Positions 60,557 to 64,000 of a stretch of DNA of 64,000 nt are shown piece by piece (the first letter of the stretch is position 1; each line of letters begins with the position of its first letter). A program made the position numbers and the translations under genes. This stretch comes from Cellvibrio sp. GTDB taxonomy: Bacteria; Pseudomonadota; Gammaproteobacteria; Pseudomonadales; Cellvibrionaceae. The stretch is taken from assembly GCA_016712405.1 (NCBI GenBank), contig JADJRD010000006.1:8875-72874 (forward strand). The letters run 5' to 3'. The notes below the pieces were generated by a model. That model was not told the origin of the DNA. It was given only the letters and a program-made list of their open reading frames with translations, and searched no databases.

Positions 60557-61984
60557 TTAACACCTAAAAATTAGCTTAGTCGAAATACCACCCCTAACAT
60601 TATTGATCTCAAGCCTACCCTTATGCAGCTTCATAATTTCTTGTACAAAATTCAACCCCAACCCAGTACTTTTTTTACCGGTTTCAGGTCGAGGAAGCGA
60701 GAAGAAGCGATCGGTGAGTTTGGTGATGGCGAAATCTGGAATCGGTGCGCCTTGATTGAATAGGCTGAAAATGATTTGCTCCCCTACTCTGCTTAACTGA
60801 ATTTTTATTGCGCCCTTATTGGGTGTGAAATCCAGCGCATTATCAAGCAGATTGCTAATCGCTTGTTCAAGTAGAAAGATTTCACCAATCACTTCCAGGT
60901 TTTGATCGGAAACAATATCCAATTGAATATTTTTTTGCTGCATACGCAGTTCATAACGTTTTATTACCTCGCTGATTAAGCTCGTCATATTCACAGAGAC
61001 AGGTTGATGGAGGCTTTGCTGGTGTTCGATTTTGGCAAGGTTTAACAAACGATCGATCAGTTGCTGCAAACGCTGGCTTTCGATATCAATATTATTAAGA
61101 AACGATTTGCGCTGCTCTTCCGTCATGGGTGATTGCAATACTTCAGCTGCGGCGCGTATGCCTGCTAATGGACTTTTTAATTCATGTGTCAGTGTTTGCA
61201 CATAATTTTCAATGTAGTTTTTGCCTTCCAATTCTGCGCGCATGGATTCAAGCGCACTGGCTAGTTGCCGAAGTTCGCCACTGGCGATTTTACTTTGTTG
61301 GATCTCCGCGCGCTCACCTTTGCTGACACTCAAAGCATAGTTTCGCAATTTTTGTAATTCACGACTCAACCACCAGGAAAACACTGCTCCGAGCAATAAG
61401 CCAGCCACTATTAATAAACCACCAAAAATACTTAAGCGGAATTGTGTACGATTAATATAGGGTTCCATACTACGATTAGGTTTGGAGACTGACACCACTC
61501 CAATAATTTCGTCACCATTTCGGATAGGTGCAGCAACATACATAATCGTTGAACTATCATCCCCGGAAACTTCAGGCGATGAACGAGCACCATACTGGCC
61601 TTGCAGGGTTAAATAGACGTCGTTCCACTTTGAATAGTCCATTCCTACAGCAATGTTTTTGGAATCTAATAAGACTATACCTTTTTTATCCGTTACATAA
61701 ATACGGTGATTAACTGAAGATTTATGCACACCCCAAATTTTAGCTTTAGGCAAACGATTACCATATGCGCGAAAAATTTCTGCATAAAAATCATTATTGA
61801 CTTTATTCTCCAGCATAGGCTGTTTTAAAAATTCGGCGAGCAGATTGGCTGTATCAACCAATGTTTCTTCGGTAGATTGTCGAATGCCAGGTTTAATTTC
61901 TTCCATTACCGTGGAAAATAGAAAATAACCGCTGGCGCTCACAAACAATATGTAAACCAAAAATATTCTGGCACTCAGACTCAT
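60557..61984 (-). CDS. creC: CreC-type sensor histidine kinase
   Basis: IKPGIRQSTEETLVDTANLLA, YVAAPI, THELKSP, NLLDNA, STGLGL. Confidence 0.88.
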   Translation of the reverse strand: MSLSARIFLVYILFVSASGYFLFSTVMEEIKPGIRQSTEETLVDTANLLAEFLKQPMLENKVNNDFYAEIFRAYGNRLPKAKIWGVHKSSVNHRIYVTDKKGIVLLDSKNIAVGMDYSKWNDVYLTLQGQYGARSSPEVSGDDSSTIMYVAAPIRNGDEIIGVVSVSKPNRSMEPYINRTQFRLSIFGGLLIVAGLLLGAVFSWWLSRELQKLRNYALSVSKGERAEIQQSKIASGELRQLASALESMRAELEGKNYIENYVQTLTHELKSPLAGIRAAAEVLQSPMTEEQRKSFLNNIDIESQRLQQLIDRLLNLAKIEHQQSLHQPVSVNMTSLISEVIKRYELRMQQKNIQLDIVSDQNLEVIGEIFLLEQAISNLLDNALDFTPNKGAIKIQLSRVGEQIIFSLFNQGAPIPDFAITKLTDRFFSLPRPETGKKSTGLGLNFVQEIMKLHKGRLEINNVRGGISTKLIFRC

Positions 61985-61985
61985 G

Positions 61986-64000
61986 TTAATCATTCAACAT
62001 TAAATGTTTCATATTCACACAACGCTGTTCTTCTTGTACCGCAATTTTCAAAAAACGATTGATCACGGGGCTTAGCGGTGCGTGCTGATTGAGTGCTGTC
62101 GTTAGGCGCCTAACCCCTTCCGCCGTACAAACACGCGGGAGCATGCCGAGATAGGCTGATACAAAACGCTCATCTTGTGATTCATGCAGCTGGGGCAGAT
62201 TAAACAATATGTTGCCAGCATAAGCTTCACGATATTCTATTTGCGAAGCTGGAAATAAATTCGCCATAATTAAGCGTGATGTAGCTAGTTTATATTCCTG
62301 ATTTTTGGCAATCATCTTTTCAAAGAATGTTAATTTCACTTTTGCATCAGGTCGGCTTGCGTCTGACACCAACAACCACTGCTGCCCCATATCACTGGCA
62401 TCTTTCTTCTTTTCTTTTTCAGTTAAGCTTAAAGCAGTCTTATGCTGGAAAGTATTTAATCTAACCAGTGTTGTCCATCTGCGATCTTGATCATATACCA
62501 AACCTTTTACTTTTTGCTTGCCTGTTAAATAATCTGCCAAACGATTCAGTGCGGCGGGGGTATAAGCCATTTGCACATAAGTATCAAACCAGATCTTTTG
62601 TATATCACTACCCGCTTGAGCCGCATTTAATTCACGCCAAGTGATTTTTTCCAACTGAATTAATTCATTCTCGAATTTGTTTTTGCTGTCGCGCATTTGC
62701 CAGAAATAGTCGCGCACCATTTTCATTTTGGCGCCCGTTGCGAAAACATCGGTAGGATCATCTGAAATTAACGACGCTTCCATTAAATCAACATAATCAG
62801 TCAAGGCCATTCGCTGATCCAACACATCATCCCATAAATGTTGCCAGAGATTAGCGCGCATAGAAGAATCAAAATATCGCAGATGTTGCTTTACTGTACT
62901 GAGTGATTTTTTATCCAAGGCAATTTTCACGTAAGCCATATCATTCATATTGGGATAAACGAAATCGGGACAAGCCATATTTTTTTCAATGGTCAATGAT
63001 GTTTTTTCACCGCTATAAACCAGCGGCATTACTGCAGTTTGATAAATCGTTTGTTGATTGGCAGAATTGTCCGCCTGATAAAACCCTAACTCAATTTTTT
63101 GAGTGCGCAAGGTTGGATGATCTTGTGGGGCCAATTGCACAACTGAAAATTCAGAGAGTGGGGAAACATTTTGATTATCACCACAGGAAAAATTTACCTG
63201 AATAGTATTCAGGCCCGCCAAATAGAGCCATTCTTGCGTCCAACCAGTTAAGTCAAGTTTTCCTGCCAACGCAACTTCATTCATAAAATCGTTTAATTCA
63301 GTATTTCCGTAACTGAATTTTTTAAGGTAATTAGCAACACCTTTGCGGAAGTTTTCTTCACCGACGTAATAAGCAAGCTGCTTTAATACCGAAGCTCCTT
63401 TTCCATAGGTAATCCCATCAAAATTGGTAAAGGCTTCAGCAGTATTGGCAACCGGAAGTTCAATGGCATGGGTAGTCACTAACTGATCTTCAGTGTAAGC
63501 CCATTGTTTCATTCTGGAATAGAAAAGCCCCCATACATCATCCGCAAACTCACTGTTTTTTGACATTTGCAGATAAGACATATAAGTCGCGAAACTTTCG
63601 TTTAACCACAAGCCATTCCACCAATCCATGGTCACTAAATTTCCAAACCACATATGAGCTAGCTCATGTGAGATTACATTCGCATGACGAAAGCGCTCTA
63701 ATCGAGTTTTTACTCCACGCCCTACAAATATTTCGTTAAAGGTTACAGCACCCAAATTTTCCATTGCACCTGAATTAAAATCAGGAACAATTAATTGATC
63801 GTATTTCCCAAAAGGATATTCAATTTCAAAATATTGATTGTAAAAATCAAAACTTTGCTGGGTATAGGTAAACCACTCTTGCGGCTGTACATATTGTGCA
63901 ATTTCCTGCCGGGCAAAAACACGTAATGGAATCGAGCCCGATTTCCCCTCCCATACCTTATAAGGGCCTGCATGAAGCGGGAAAATATACGAAGGAATTT
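61986..64000 (-). CDS. second M1 aminopeptidase (ERAP1-C type); 5' end outside window
   Basis: GAMEN, HELAHMWFGNLVTMDWWNGLWLNESFA, YGKG; frame stays open to the window end. Confidence 0.9.
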   Translation of the reverse strand, partial: IPSYIFPLHAGPYKVWEGKSGSIPLRVFARQEIAQYVQPQEWFTYTQQSFDFYNQYFEIEYPFGKYDQLIVPDFNSGAMENLGAVTFNEIFVGRGVKTRLERFRHANVISHELAHMWFGNLVTMDWWNGLWLNESFATYMSYLQMSKNSEFADDVWGLFYSRMKQWAYTEDQLVTTHAIELPVANTAEAFTNFDGITYGKGASVLKQLAYYVGEENFRKGVANYLKKFSYGNTELNDFMNEVALAGKLDLTGWTQEWLYLAGLNTIQVNFSCGDNQNVSPLSEFSVVQLAPQDHPTLRTQKIELGFYQADNSANQQTIYQTAVMPLVYSGEKTSLTIEKNMACPDFVYPNMNDMAYVKIALDKKSLSTVKQHLRYFDSSMRANLWQHLWDDVLDQRMALTDYVDLMEASLISDDPTDVFATGAKMKMVRDYFWQMRDSKNKFENELIQLEKITWRELNAAQAGSDIQKIWFDTYVQMAYTPAALNRLADYLTGKQKVKGLVYDQDRRWTTLVRLNTFQHKTALSLTEKEKKKDASDMGQQWLLVSDASRPDAKVKLTFFEKMIAKNQEYKLATSRLIMANLFPASQIEYREAYAGNILFNLPQLHESQDERFVSAYLGMLPRVCTAEGVRRLTTALNQHAPLSPVINRFLKIAVQEEQRCVNMKHLMLND

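Overview
This is a core chromosomal window from a gammaproteobacterium. Gene order and content look Cellvibrionaceae-like, which is an inference with no database check. Left to right it contains: an Aas-type MFS/acyltransferase/acyl-ACP synthetase fusion (cut at the window start); a lactonase plus Zn-dehydrogenase pair; a Fur-boxed Piu/Fiu-type iron-uptake operon divergent from tonB-exbB-exbD; a nitrate transporter flanked by PP2C-Ser/Thr kinase genes; MATE-regA and regB; aceEF; NAD-glutamate dehydrogenase; a moxR-DUF58-bat operon; trxC, pepN and nadK; a cNMP-rhodanese protein; the gltA/sdhCDAB-sucAB-lpd-sucCD cluster; creC; and a second M1 aminopeptidase (cut at the window end). I saw no prophage, IS transposase, CRISPR array, rRNA or tRNA. 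Signals not shown by the ORF track: (1) several collapsed gene remnants that keep only N- and C-terminal stubs (DUF4198, a second PP2C-kinase, SPFH, an RHH protein), plus a moxR lacking Walker A; (2) several families of palindromic REP-like elements, some supplying coding sequence, a stop codon or a Shine-Dalgarno site to host genes; (3) three ANTAR-like hexaloop hairpins at exact 21-nt spacing in the nitrate-transporter leader; (4) six single-base deletions, two of them in sdhA, that most likely are long-read assembly errors. No clearly new multi-gene system is evident. The best candidates for uncharacterised biology are the NarK/PP2C-kinase/ANTAR module, the alpha-hydroxy-acid oxidase inside the Piu operon, and the tandem-cNMP rhodanese.
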